DNA of 64,000 nt, from contig NC_068991.1 of NCBI RefSeq assembly GCF_001194135.2, positions 47,504,833-47,568,832 on the forward strand, in the 5' to 3' direction. This DNA is from Octopus bimaculoides. Taxonomy: Eukaryota. Positions 42,051 to 55,364 of this stretch are shown one piece after another. Position numbers and translations under genes: made by a program. Each line of letters begins with the position of its first letter. Within the stretch, counting starts at the first letter, position 1. The notes under the pieces were generated by a model. It did not search any database and was not told the origin of the DNA. It worked only from the letters and a program-made list of their open reading frames with translations.

Positions 42051-42485
42051 AATACAGGAACATGCACTCGGGTGGGGATTTAGCCCATGATTTACCCCGT
42101 CATTAATCCCTCACACTTTATTAAAATAAAATTATCATATAGAAGTGAAATTACAATTCTCACAGCTCCTAGCATGGCTAACACACATCTAACAATACAT
42201 CTCCGATTCTTTGCTCCATGGCATTTCTTATATTTTAAAATCTTAATGATGTCTACTGCTTCTCTCCTACCCACTCATTGGAAGATTATCATTGTACACT
42301 TTTTGGTTAAATCTATAATCTAGGTTTGGATGATCTTAACATACATACAATCATATTCAGGAAACATTTAACATCTAAAATTTTAGTTGGAAAGGTCTGG
42401 ATTGGTTGATGTCTATTTAATATTTAAGTACTTTATATTCAAATATTAGGTGTACACTCAAATACACATATACACAAATATGTTG

Positions 42486-42534
<49 letters not shown>

Positions 42535-44582
42535 TCACACAGATATACAAATATGTAAATACACACACAAATACATGCTGCAACATAAATTGCAAGGGAA
42601 GTGGTGCGAATATGCAGTATCTTGCAAACTTTTCGGAAATCTATTTCATTCATTTATGGAGTCATTTAAATTCTCCTTGCAAAAAAAAGTTTTATTTTTA
42701 ACATTAAAAATAAAATATTTTAATATAGTTATGTGTGAGTGTGTGTATATATTACCTTTGTGTGTGTGTATGTGTGTATGTGTATGTTATATTGTAGACA
42801 TGCCTGTCTTTGAGTTTGATCTTTTTTTTTTTTTCCTAAAGATGTTTTGTTATTTCTCTATTAGTTGCTATAAGGGCGTTAAGTTTCTTAATGCTTCAGT
42901 TACTTCATGTCCTCATCTAAACGAATAGTGATAATAGTGGCATGTTGCTGCCATTTTTCATTTTTAGTTTGTAGAAAAGGATCATAGGAATGATGTAGTA
43001 ACTGATAAAGTCAGCAACACCGTGTCAGTACTACTATCTCTTCGTTCTGAAGCTGAGAGTCTTACAGTGTTAATGGATTTAGGAAACCTAATGTTCCAAA
43101 CTAAATATGAACTAATAAGGAAATATTGGAAAGCAATCTGTAATTTAGGAGATTAATTTCAAACGGTCATGTTTTCAATTTGACATGCTTGAAAGTTGTC
43201 CTTTTATGATATGTGTGTGTGTACATATGTGTACATGCATTTGTATTTGTATATACATGTAATGTATATGTAAGTATGTTCATGTGGGTGAATGAGTATA
43301 TAATGTGAAATTCATTTATTTTTCAAATCTTAGAACCACTCACGGCTAGCTTTGTCATTCAAAGCTAGATGTTTGTACAGGGATTAGCATTGTTTTGCAT
43401 CATTAAAAATGAAAGCAAATTACAGTCTTATGCACGTGATTTAGCCGAACTTTTCCTTTTTTAAATTCTTTCCTCCTTATCAAAAGTTTTCTTAATTATG
43501 GATCATGATTAATTTTATCTAATGAATTTCCTTTAGATCAGTTTTAAAATTATCAACATTCACATACATACATGCTTTCTCTCTCTCTTTTTCTTTAGCA
43601 TTTTTTTCCTGTTTTCGTTTAAATTTTACTGAATCCAATAAAATTTTGAAAACCACTAACAAAAAAGAAAAACCCCAGAAAATAAAGTAAAATCCCCTCA
43701 GAAAACCAAATTTCAAACAAAATGCATAAACACTCAGAAAAACCCCAAGAAAGAAAAGAAATATCACTGCTGAATCTGTACATAGTCATTGCTCTTTGTT
43801 TATTCTCCAGCAATTGGGTAAAATTGTTGATTTAAACAAACAAAAAATATCTTATCCAAAGTCTGATTTTCAAAAAAATTAAATAATTTCTTTATTATTA
43901 TTGTGGTGGTGAGTTGGCAGATACGGTAGTTTGCTGGACTAAATATCTTAATGTTTTTAGTCGTCTCTCTACCAAGAGTTAGAATCTCTTCTGTTGACTT
44001 AACCTTTCATCTCTCTGGGGAGCGGGGTCGATAAAGCAAGTACCAGTTTTATACTGGGATTGAATGAATTGATTATAACTTTAAATAAAAATTTTAAAAA
44101 TAAACAACAGAAATTGGCCCTGTCTCTGGTGAAAATAAATTATCATTGTTATTTTCCTAAAACCTTATTTTCAGTTTTTCTCTTAGTATTATGATGCACA
44201 TTTTTATCTCTTTGCTTGGTTGGTTTGTATAAACCAAGATTCTATGTTTCTCTTTGTAAATCTGTTTTAAAGTAAAAGATTTTTTTTTTCTTCTTTTTGA
44301 TTGTTTTTTTTTTTATTTCAGCAGTTTTGTCACTACTATCTGCTGTAATTTTACTGCCAAGTAAAATCATTTTTGGTTTTATCAGACCCTCTGAACTAGT
44401 CCCTACCAGCCTTGTGTGTAACTTTTGTCTTCTTGCTGGCTATTTATATGTTAGTTTCATTTTAACCATTAAAAGAAAAATAAGGGAAGTTTTTCATTAA
44501 AGTTCTTATGAAAATGTTTTAAGTGTTTCTGCTGCAGTAATTCAGAAGAATTTCTTACTCTTTTTGTAGTATTGCTGTTTAA

Positions 44583-44774
44583 CCCTTTGGCATTCAGATT
44601 ATTGTATCAAATGTAATGCTCATTTATTCACATTATTTTGAATTAACCATCTTGTGGCTTCAAGATTTTTGATGTGATTATCTTTATAATGGCATTGTAC
44701 TTGTAGGTTTAAGAGGCCAGATGGTTTGAGCATAAAACAAGTAGATTAATATGGCCAGTTTAAATGCTAAAGGG
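44583..44774. mobile_element. piggyBac-like MITE
   Basis: TTAA flanks, TIR CCCTTTGGCATT / AATGCTAAAGGG (11/12). Confidence 0.75.
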
Positions 44775-47321
44775 TTAATTATTACAATTTACTTATTGTC
44801 AAACTTTCAGTTCTTTCTTCAAATAATGAATACCAAATATCTTATAAATGGCAAATTTGCAGTGTCATAGGTGTTGGACAAAGTTCTACAGAATTTGCTT
44901 TGACTCTCCACTCTTGAATATAAAAAAAAAAAAAAAAGTACCAGTCCAGGGCAGCAAGTTGGGATTTGATCTCAGAATACTCAGAGCTGGAACATCTATT
45001 TTAAAATCAAATCTCACTACCATTGAAAAATGATTATACATCTGTCAAGCAAGTGACCAACAGAATCAGCAGTTTGAAACAAAAACCAATGGAAACCAGA
45101 TATCCTTAGTTTCATTGGAAGATTGACTACCGTCTATAGACAATAAAACCATCTGATCTGGGGAAGTAGATTAGACCCATATTGAAGCTAAGATCCAATC
45201 TTCTTAAAATTGTGCTATTTTATTATTTCAGAATCACAAAAAAGTTTGTGTCAAATATTTTTGGCTAAAGATGGCTGTATCCAACTGTTGATGCTTACAC
45301 TAATTATCGGCAGAAACACTTGTTCAATCACACAGTAGATATGTCTCCATCACTGATTATGGTCTTAATCCCACTACATCTCCTGTGAATGTATGTAGTT
45401 GCCACCTATTCCTTTTCTTCATATTGGACTTCAACGTATTTCCAAGTTCTGTTACTAAAACTGGAGTCTTCGTCAAGTTTACTCTGAGACCTCTTTATTC
45501 TAACTTGTTTCTACATCTGAAATTTCCTCTCCAACTCTTAATACTCGGCTATAAGAATCAGGTCTTAACTCAGTTACAGCTTGAATAACAATAGAGGTGA
45601 GAACTGAGTCTTGTTCAACACTAAACTGCACATTCAGTGAACTCCTTTACTGAAAGTATCCTTGTACAAAGCTTGTATTGCTCTCAAGTTATTCATCTAT
45701 GAGTTCCTTTTAAAGACTATTATACTAGTACATAGTATAATAGTCTTTAAAAGGAACTTCGCAAAGGCCCCCAGATCAAGAGGATTAATTATTGACTGTA
45801 AATTTCTCTAGCAGTAGTCTCTAAGAACATAAAGACTTAACTGGCATAGATTTAAATTGTATTTCATCTCGGCTGATTCTCTACCTGATCACCTGTGCTT
45901 CAAACTTAGTCCATCAATTTGATGTCTCTGATTGCTTGTTTCTAAAGCACCTGTCTAGTTGACAATTACACTTCTATGCCAGTGATTAGATAAGACTTCT
46001 TCGGTTTCAGACTAGCTTGAGCCTTACTTTGCCAGTTTTCAACAACTCAGTGACTATATCCAATGGATCTCTTTTCTGACCACCTATTAATTTCATTACC
46101 ATATTTCTGTAAAAATATACTGTTTCAATTAATTTTTAAAATAATGAAAGATTTACTCATTTGACTGTAATCATCAAATTATTTAGAACATAAATTAACC
46201 TGTAATTTTGGAAGATTTTAACTTGGATTATTCTAAAGCCAAAAATTTGTATCATAGGATGAAGTGCAGCTTGGTATCAAATAAGTTGCTCTTTCTGAGA
46301 ACTGAATTGATCATTTTGTACAATCAGTGTTTTGCAATAAGATTTCCAAGTGGTGATGAGAGTAAGTATGCTGTTATTTGAAACACCTTGATCTTTCCCA
46401 ACATTAGACTCTAGAACACTGGTAAATTTACCTTACACTCTTCAAGTTATGTCCACTACAACTCAGTCTTTTTGTTGGGCTCTCTTGTGCTATTCTACAC
46501 TATATCTGGCTGATACTTCACTATTTGCACTTACTTTCAGCTGGTTATACTTTTGAAACCAGATTCTGTCCATATAGATCTCAAATGCACCCTTTTTCAT
46601 CACCCACTTTACAAAACTCACTGTGTGACTATCAAAGTAACTAAACCTATGTTGGTTATTATCCTCTCCACCTCCAATTTCCAGATGAGAATGAAACCTC
46701 ACAACCATGTTTATTATTAAGTACCAAGGTAATTATGTTGCAGTGCACAAGCAGAGAAAAGTTACCTAATCCAAATTATACTGACTGCTTTTACATTATC
46801 TGTGCATCTTTCTGACAGAGATCTTACAAAGGACAAAAGTATAGTCAGTAGTAGATGGAAGCCCCCTTTGCTTCATCTTCCTTACAACAAAGCTCCAGGA
46901 AGCAGAAACATGGCCCCTCTCAAAGAGAATAACAGAGCCCTGAGAACATCAGATGGTACCATCACATTTCTAATAAAGAACTACACATGCATATACATTG
47001 GTCTGCAGTCTCCCACCTTTAAGTATCCACTATGTGCCGGTATTGATTTGACATCAATCTAGGAGGGTGCAGAGGGAGAGCACTGGTAGTCTTGGTCAGC
47101 TTTATGCACAATACATCTGGAACCACCAAGCTAGTTCCCTGCAATATTTTCTGTAACCAACACACCATCCATCCATTCTCAAACTGATTTTAGTTGGTTG
47201 CCTGATCAGACGGAAGCTTTGTTAAATTAATCTTGCACACGCTACAAAAAGGTTTATGGCAAAACAAAGAAGCAGAACTCAATATTAAATAAGACATGTT
47301 TTTTTTTTAAAGTAATTTTTG

Positions 47322-47327
47322 TTTATT
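47322..47327 (-). terminator. AATAAA polyadenylation signal of RPS23
   Basis: 20 nt after the stop codon on the minus strand. Confidence 0.65.
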
Positions 47328-47347
47328 CATTTATGAAATAAAATTGT

Positions 47348-47710
<363 letters not shown>

Positions 47711-47928
47711 TCAATGAGTGACCCGGAGGGAAGATGGTAAATGTATGGATTTGGGAAGATACAAAGGCAGCACTGAATATAGCAAAAGATTACAGATGAA
47801 AGCAGACGAGTAAATTGAAACCCAACAGGACAAGAGTACACCCAACAATATGCTGCCTGTCTTTGGCTTGATATAGAAATTAATAACATTTTAGAGACTG
47901 TAACAGAAGACAATTATTAAAATGGTAG

Positions 47929-47998
47929 AAGCTTTCAGAACAAGTGATCATCAAATTATGATTCTCAGTCCGCCACTTATAGTTCATCATATAAGCTT
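47929..47998 (-). ncRNA. Derived U43-like C/D snoRNA, all boxes intact (copy A)
   Basis: C 47984-47990, D' 47965-47968, D 47935-47938, perfect 7-bp stem GAAGCTT/AAGCTTC. Confidence 0.75.
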
Positions 47999-48477
47999 CA
48001 TTTAGCAACCTCTAATAACAATAACTTGAGTAAGACAAATGATCATTAATATCTAATCATGAGAGGACTTCAAAATGCTCACCTTGTGAAACCTTATATT
48101 AGTTATTTTACAATTAATATTTACTTACAGGATGCAACTTTAATAGCTAACTCTGCATACTCATTTGGAAAATAACCTGTGCCTCATATTTCATGCACAC
48201 ATGATTTTCCAGAACACCTGCACTCTACATTTGGTTGCCATGCAATTTAATACATCGTACCTTAACACCATACATGTTTTACATTCAAACCAGTCATTCA
48301 CACTTACCTGCGACAATCACATCATCAAAATCTCAAAGCTATGAGGCATTACATGATTAATTCAAATAAATAAGCATTAGATTTGACACAATAATCTGAA
48401 TGTTAAAGCTGAGTATGCTGTAGAAATTGACCATAATGATTTCAAACAAACAAAAATTATGTAGAAGATAATTATCA

Positions 48478-48545
48478 AAGCCATCAGTCTAAGTGATTGT
48501 CAAATTTTGATTTTTCAGCCCGCCACTTACCTTTCAGCATAAAGT
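48478..48545 (-). pseudogene. Degenerate derived U43-like unit (copy B)
   Basis: D and D' present, box C reads ATGCTGA, several substitutions. Confidence 0.55.
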
Positions 48546-48823
48546 TCACAAGTTGGAAAATATAAGGACAATTTTGGCCTAATAATTTTCCAGCATATCA
48601 CAATTTGTAAACCCCATGCAAATGAATATAAAAATTCAAAATGTTTGCCATATCTTAAAACTTTACTAAAACGAAGTGAACAAAACAATTAACTTTACAT
48701 ATTAACTCCATAACTTACTCTGAAATGGAACTTGAAGAGGAAAAAATGCTTAATATCTAAAGGGTAAATTAAATTCAAGAGAAAGTTTAATAAACCATAT
48801 GAAGACCAATTATTGAAATGGTA

Positions 48824-48887
48824 GAAGCCATCAGAATAAGTGATCATCAAATTATGATTTTCAGTCCGCCACTGAATATAAGCTTCA
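48824..48887 (-). pseudogene. Derived U43-like unit lacking box C (copy C)
   Basis: D, C' and D' intact; segment with TCATCAT deleted. Confidence 0.65.
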
Positions 48888-48987
48888 TCTAACAGCCCCA
48901 AAAGCTAAAAAATATTACGCAAACCAAGCAGTTTGGATTGAGAAACATCAGCTTTAACAAACCATGACTCCTTATAAGAATATAATT

Positions 48988-49015
48988 TTCAGCCTGCCAC
49001 TCATCATCTAGCAAC
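48988..49015 (-). pseudogene. Fragment of derived U43-like unit (copy D)
   Basis: ttttcagcctgccactcatcat plus shared flank; 3' half missing. Confidence 0.4.
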
Positions 49016-49068
49016 CCCACAAGTTGTGAAACACAGCTGTAATATACCATGCCTTACAATTTTCCTGT

Positions 49069-49231
49069 AGGCACAAGAGTGGGTGTGTGCTAAGTAGCTT
49101 GCTTACCAACCACATGGTTCCGGGTTCATTCCCACTGCGTGGCACCTTGGGCAAGTACCTTCTACTATAGCTTCGGGCTGACCAAAGCCTTGTGAGTGGA
49201 TTTGGTAGACAGAAACTGAAAGAAGCCCGTC

Positions 49232-49272
<41 letters not shown>

Positions 49273-49460
49273 TGTGTGTGTATGTTTGTCCCCCTAACAT
49301 TGCTTGATAACAGATGGTGGTGTGTTTACGCACCCGTAACTTAGCAGTTCGGCTAAAGAGAATGCTAGAAGTACTAGGCTTCCTGTGGTTGATTTACTCG
49401 ACTAAAGGCAGTGCTCCAGCATGACCGCATTCAAATGACTGAAACAAGTAAAAGTAAAGT
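49069..49460 (+). mobile_element. Dominant SINE inside snoRNA array
   Basis: Same family. Confidence 0.88.
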
Positions 49461-49790
49461 ACCTTGTCAAAGAATTTACAACCAAAATGCCAACACCACC
49501 ACTTTAAGATGTCTGCTTCACTTTTTGCATTGAACAAAACGATGTGTAACGATTGAACCTAACTTCATTGGACATTTTCAGTATCTCAGCCACTATCCCT
49601 GTATTCATATACTGATAAACACAATTTTTGAAAGGCTAAAAGTAATTGGAGAAACCCATGTGTAACCTTCCCTATGCCAAGTGTTTATCAACAAAATGTT
49701 ATGGTCTTTCAGGTTTACAACAGTCAATATTTAGTTTATAAGTGGTAATAAACTATAGAAACCAAATTATATGAAAGATAATTACTGAAA

Positions 49791-49860
49791 AGCTAGAACA
49801 GAATAAGTGATCATCAAACTGATTTTTCAGTCCGCCACTTATCATTCATCATATAAGCTT
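49791..49860 (-). pseudogene. Derived U43-like unit with box D mutated to CTGT (copy E)
   Basis: C 49846-49852 and guide intact; plus strand ACAG replaces TCAG. Confidence 0.6.
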
Positions 49861-50388
49861 CACAAGCTGTAAAACATAACTATGATATAATTTTATCATA
49901 ATAAGCCTGGCCTCATAATTTCCAGCATATCACAATTGGTAAACCTCATGCTAAGTAAAAGCCTGGTTGCTCTTGCAACCCTCTCCAGCCGAGCATCCCT
50001 AACCTTGTTGGCCTCTAAGTGCTGGTGCTGCGTAAAAAGCACCCAGTACACTCTACAATGGCTGGCATTACAAAGAGCATCCAGTTGTAGAAACCATGCC
50101 AAAACAGACATGGAGCCTTCAGCTGGTCAGATCACACAATCTATGCCAGCATGGAAAATGGACATAAATAATGATGCAAATAATTGTAACAATTCAAATT
50201 AAATTTGCCATACCTCAAAAACTTTACTAAAACTAAGTGAATAAAACAATTGTTAACACTCTTTAGTTGATATCCCATCAAAAGAGCCTTGACTTACTCT
50301 GAGATAGAGGTCAAAGAGGAAAAAAAAATGCCTAATATCCAGATGGTAAATTAGATTCTCTAGAGTAAGCTTAATAAGCAAACCATAT

Positions 50389-50724
50389 ACTCTTATTTGT
50401 TTCAGTCATTTGACTGTGGCCATGCTGGAGCACCGCCTTTAGTTGAGCAAATCGACCTCAGGACTTCTTCTTTGGATGCCTCGTACTTATTCTATGAGTC
50501 TCTTTTGCCGAACCGCTAAGTTACGGGGACGTAAACACACCACCATCGGTTGTCAAGCGATGGTGGGGGGACAAACACATACATATGACGGGCTTCTTTC
50601 AGTTTCCGTCTACCAAATCCACTCACAAGGCTAGACACTTGCCCAAGGTGCCACGCAGTGGGAATGAACTTGGAACCATGTGGTTGGTAAGCAAGCTACT
50701 TACCACACAGCCACTCCTGTGCCT
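50389..50724 (-). mobile_element. Dominant SINE inside snoRNA array
   Basis: Interrupts flank AAACCATA|TGAA that is uninterrupted in the paralogous cassette near 48792-48804. Confidence 0.88.
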
Positions 50725-50750
50725 ATGAAAACCAATAATTGAAATGGTAG

Positions 50751-50820
50751 AAGCCATCAGAGTAAGTGATCATCAAATTATGATTTTCAGTCCGCCACTT
50801 ATAGTTCATCATATAAGCTT
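50751..50820 (-). ncRNA. Derived U43-like C/D snoRNA, all boxes intact (copy F)
   Basis: C ATGATGA 50806-50812, guide CTATAAGTGGCGG, D' 50787-50790, C' TTGATGA, D 50757-50760, stem GAAGC/GCTTC. Confidence 0.75.
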
Positions 50821-51518
50821 CATCTAACAGCCCCAAAAGCTATAAAATATCTCACAGACCAAAGTATATTTTTGTTTTGATCTTAAAAAAAAAACAGAAG
50901 CTGTTAGACACCACAAAATGATAGCATCAACATCAAGGATGCTTCAAACCACTCAATTTCATTTTTAGTGTAACTATCTTTTAATAACTACTAGCAGAGA
51001 TACCTGGCCTTGCTTGGGATTAAAATGGCATAGATTCTTTCATTGTTTTACTTGTTTCAGCCATGTGATTGTGGCCATGTCAGAGCACAGCCGTTGGCCA
51101 AACAAATCGACCACAGGATATATTAGTACTTATTCTATCAGTGCCTTTTGCTAAACCGCTAATTTATGGGAACATAAACACAGCAACATCGATTGTCAAG
51201 CAATGGTGGGGGTACAAACACACCACAAACCTTGCTCTATACATACGTACATACATATGCACATCTATACACGTGTGTATGTACGTATATGTGTATATAT
51301 ATATATCTTACTTGTTTCAGCTGCCTGAGTGTGGCCATGCTGGAGTATTGCCTTTTAGTTGAAGAAATCAACAACTGGACTTACTCTTTGCAAGCCTGGT
51401 GCTCATTCTACCAATATCTTCTGCCGAATCGCTAAGTTATGGGGGAGAGGAGAGAGAAAACAACACAAATATATATATACATATATATATATAGGACAGA
51501 CTTCTGCATGACTCACTG

Positions 51519-51585
51519 GGTGATCAGTAAAGATATTTTATCCACAATCTAATTCAGTGAACGGATCATGTCTCATCATATCACC
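51519..51585 (-). ncRNA. Orphan box C/D snoRNA family 2 (copy a)
   Basis: C 51573-51579, D' 51554-51557, D 51524-51527, stem GGTGA/TCACC. Confidence 0.8.
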
Positions 51586-52392
51586 TTATATGTAGAAGCC
51601 TCCACCACACACCATCAATATTGACCTATACTTCCTCAAATTTTGATTTCTATACTCAAGTTTACAATCCAACTCCACTTACAAATTCAAACAGCCAGTA
51701 TGCATATATACATATATATTTATACATAGTAAATCTAAAAAAAGAAAAGCAAACATGAAAAAACTACAACGCGAGGACGTGGTACATGCAATGTATTAGC
51801 AAATGCTCAGGAAAGGAAAGAAAGATGGTTTAACGTTTCGAGCAAAGCCCATCTTCAGAAATGTGGTTACATATATATATATATATATGTATACACGCAT
51901 ACATAAATATATCATAGTAAAAGTATTAATAGTTTCACTATTGATACATAATACTGAAATAGTGTAAGGAATAAGAGATTGCTCCAGGCTTGCATTAAGC
52001 AAGTTGAAAATTTTTTTGGCCCATAACATTGCATGGACCAAGTAAGGCATGTATAAAATTTGAATGAAATTGGCTGGGTAGTCCTTAAGTTTTAGTGATA
52101 CGCACATACGGACATTCTCAGTTTGATATATATATATATATATAGATGAAATTAACTTCACATGTACAACATTTTTAGCACAAATGCCTAGTGAAGACAG
52201 AATGAACATCTTAGGTCCATATCGTAATTAATACCAACACAACTTTTGAAAGGCTGAAAGCAATAAAATCATGTACAGACTTCCCTCTGCCAAGTAGGTT
52301 ATCCACCAGGTGTTAATGTCTATCAGGTACGCAAGAGTAAATTATAAACTATAATAATCAACCAATATAAAAGACAATTATTGAAAAGTTAG

Positions 52393-52430
52393 AATCCATC
52401 AGAATAAGTGATCACCAATTGTGATTATTT
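52393..52430 (-). ncRNA. 3' half of derived U43-like unit (copy G), cut by assembly gap
   Basis: TCAGAATAAGTGATCA plus shared flank GACAATTATTGAAA; remainder is N. Confidence 0.55.
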
Positions 52431-53225
52431 NNNNNNNNNNNNNNNNNNNNNNNNNNNNNNNNNNNNNNNNNNNNNNNNNNNNNNNNNNNNNNNNNNNNNN
52501 NNNNNNNNNNNNNNNNNNNNNNNNNNNNNNNNNNNNNNNNNNNNNNNNNNNNNNNNNNNNNNNNNNNNNNNNNNNNNNNNNNNNNNNNNNNNNNNNNNNN
52601 NNNNNNNNNNNNNNNNNNNNNNNNNNNNNNNNNNNNNNNNNNNNNNNNNNNNNNNNNNNNNNNNNNNNNNNNNNNNNNNNNNNNNNNNNNNNNNNNNNNN
52701 NNNNNNNNNNNNNNNNNNNNNNNNNNNNNNNNNNNNNNNNNNNNNNNNNNNNNNNNNNNNNNNNNNNNNNNNNNNNNNNNNNNNNNNNNNNNNNNNNNNN
52801 NNNNNNNNNNNNNNNNNNNNNNNNNNNNNNNNNNNNNNNNNNNNNNNNNNNNNNNNNNNNNNNNNNNNNNNNNNNNNNNNNNNNNNNNNNNNNNNNNNNN
52901 NNNNNNNNNNNNNNNNNNNNNNNNNNNNNNNNNNNNNNNNNNNNNNNNNNNNNNNNNNNNNNNNNNNNNNNNNNNNNNNNNNNNNNNNNNNNNNNNNNNN
53001 NNNNNNNNNNNNNNNNNNNNNNNNNNNNNNNNNNNNNNNNNNNNNNNNNNNNNNNNNNNNNNNNNNNNNNNNNNNNNNNNNNNNNNNNNNNNNNNNNNNN
53101 NNNNNNNNNNNNNNNNNNNNNNNNNNNNNNNNNNNNNNNNNNNNNNNNNNNNNNNNNNNNNNNNNNNNNNNNNNNNNNNNNNNNNNNNNNNNNNNNNNNN
53201 NNNNNNNNNNNNNTCCCATTAAAGA

Positions 53226-53314
53226 TATGCCATCAGTCTCAAGAACCAGAATGTATACCCTCCATGTATGTGGCAAAATCAGGTTATACAAGCTAGAGCT
53301 CATCCTCTGGCATA
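53226..53314 (-). ncRNA. Orphan box C/D snoRNA family 3 (copy a)
   Basis: Perfect 7-bp stem TATGCCA/TGGCATA, AGGATGA 53300-53306, D' 53279-53282, D 53233-53236. Confidence 0.65.
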
Positions 53315-53845
53315 CTGAAATGAACCCAACATAGATTGTTCACTTCTAATGACACCCCTCATTCACTCCCTGCAACTCACTGACCATCACCTACCTTTCT
53401 TCACCAACACCCTAGCAGCCATTACTCTCTCTACCCTTCCCAAGCTGTCCCTACCATCTTTTATCTTTCTTACCAACTGAAGCCCAGTTATTCCCACCTC
53501 CACAACAAACTGCTTCTGCCCCTTCTATAACACTTTTCTAACCTCTTAATATTCAGTATACTCTTTGAATATAACCATCAAATCTGAGTTTTGGTTTACC
53601 TGAGGCTACAGATGACACCTGCCCCAAAAATGCTGTGTAATGGGACTAAACTCAAAACCATATGTTTGCAAAGCAGACTCTTGACCATACAGCTATGCCC
53701 GTATCTTGCATTTTATAAGCCAAAAACCTGTGCAATTAAACTGTCTTATGGAATGATAAAATAAAAACTTTACTACATACTAAAATCATTGCTGATTGTA
53801 AAAACACACAAAGAATGATCTCAAAGGAAGTCAGGTGAAATAAAC

Positions 53846-53920
53846 AAGCATATCAGTGAAGTGACAATCATTCATGTTTAGGATTTCAGTCCGCCCGTCA
53901 CTTAAATCATCACATAAGCC
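53846..53920 (-). ncRNA. Box C/D snoRNA, U43-like (copy H)
   Basis: C GTGATGA 53907-53913, guide AGTGACGGGCGG, D' 53886-53889, 3' end TGATTGTCACTTCACTGA. Confidence 0.85.
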
Positions 53921-54437
53921 TGATCAAGAAACTTCACAACCAAAAACCATCAAAACTTGTCATTACATTCCAACTAATACTAACACAACCCACTTATGAG
54001 CAACTGACAAACCCTAAAAAAATTACCATTAAAAAAAAAAAAAAAAGCTTATCCATAAAGCAACAAACAGCAAAAAAATTTATAACCCACATCATAAACT
54101 AAGCACCAATCTAAAATAAAGAGCAAAAGGCCAACCAAGAAGACTTCAAATATCACAACCACGAAGATGCTAGAAATAATCGTTTAGCAATCCTTCAAGC
54201 CATAAAATAACATACAATCTACGGTACAATTTTTGCTAACCACAGCATTAGCACCATCATATGTCAAACCTCGATTTTCCCTGCACTGAAGATGAAAGAT
54301 GCAAGGCATTATATCCAATGCACTATCAAGTAAGTTAACTCTTATTACAAATAATAAAATGTGAAACTAAACCAAACAGTGGTCACAAATTTAATACCAA
54401 CAGTAGTTGAACTATCAAGTTTTAAGTGATCTTCATC

Positions 54438-54497
54438 TGGGGATCAGAAAATCCTTTAACAACACTGCAATTCAGTGAAAGGATCGAGTTATATCAC
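54438..54497 (-). pseudogene. Family 2 snoRNA pseudogene (copy b)
   Basis: D and D' present, guide mutated (GATCCTTTCA), box C lost. Confidence 0.6.
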
Positions 54498-54890
54498 TTT
54501 GCAGAGGAAAACACCACATCTAGCATTAATCAATATAATCTAATTACACCCACCCATATTTAGCCCCAAATGTAGACAAAAAAATCTTTGTATCAAATTA
54601 AAACATTTACTCTATATTACACAACATTTATACGAATTCTTGGTTCTCTGAATATTACCATTTTTTCCAATAGTATTTTGCTTTCTTACCCATACAAAAA
54701 CAAACATCAGCTTCAAATTTCGTAGAAGCATCTCATCAATATGAAGAGTTTATTGCTCCAATAATTCATTTTATAAGCTAAGTTTTGAAAAAATGTGAAG
54801 GCAGGCATAATTTCTAAAACACTCCCTACAGAAAGTGTACACCTATAGCTTTTCTCCATGCTCAAGTAAAATTTAAATTATCATTCACAG

Positions 54891-54966
54891 AAGCCTATCA
54901 GAAAAGTGACTATCATTCAAATTTTGGACATCAGTCCGCCCGTCACTACATATTCATCATATAAGC
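54891..54966 (-). ncRNA. Box C/D snoRNA, U43-like (copy I)
   Basis: C 54954-54960, same 14-nt guide, D' 54931-54934, D 54898-54901, stem AGCTT/AGGCT. Confidence 0.87.
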
Positions 54967-55095
54967 TATTCTCACTCAAAACTGCAAAAACCATATAAGG
55001 CATAATTTAATTAAGTCCATATTAACTTAAGTGGCATTCAATTGTTTAAAGTCTCAGACTTCAAGATTCGTCTTTTAGTTTGTGTGTGTGACAAC

Positions 55096-55364
55096 ACATG
55101 TTGTCAACTGTAAATACACAAAATATTATCACTAATATGGCTTTCTCGATGTCGATCTAGTTTTCTTCTTGGAAATTGACCTCCACAAATGAAGCAGGTA
55201 AGAATGAACCCTAGCTGCATATATGCAAGGCTTTTCTCAAGTTTAAAATGCGACATTGCTTTTGTTATCTACATTCCACACACAAACATACAGAAAAGAA
55301 GTATGTATGTGTATCGAAAAAGCCATATTAGTGATATTTCATGTGTTTACAGTTGACAACACAA
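55096..55364. mobile_element. MITE with about 50-bp TIRs
   Basis: 55099-55150 is an imperfect inverted match of 55313-55361; related end at 15241-15260. Confidence 0.7.

Noticed and set aside
45340-47230. Possible LINE remnants between the two genes
   Set aside because: No motif could be read with confidence
50761-50770. Derived-copy D region as a guide to 28S AGAAUAAGUG
   Set aside because: Only about 8 bp, and the segment is explained by the internal stem
52408-53334. Long ORFs across N-gaps (also 30501, 41313, 58911) and YI/CV/ER-repeat ORFs
   Set aside because: Artefacts of gaps and microsatellites
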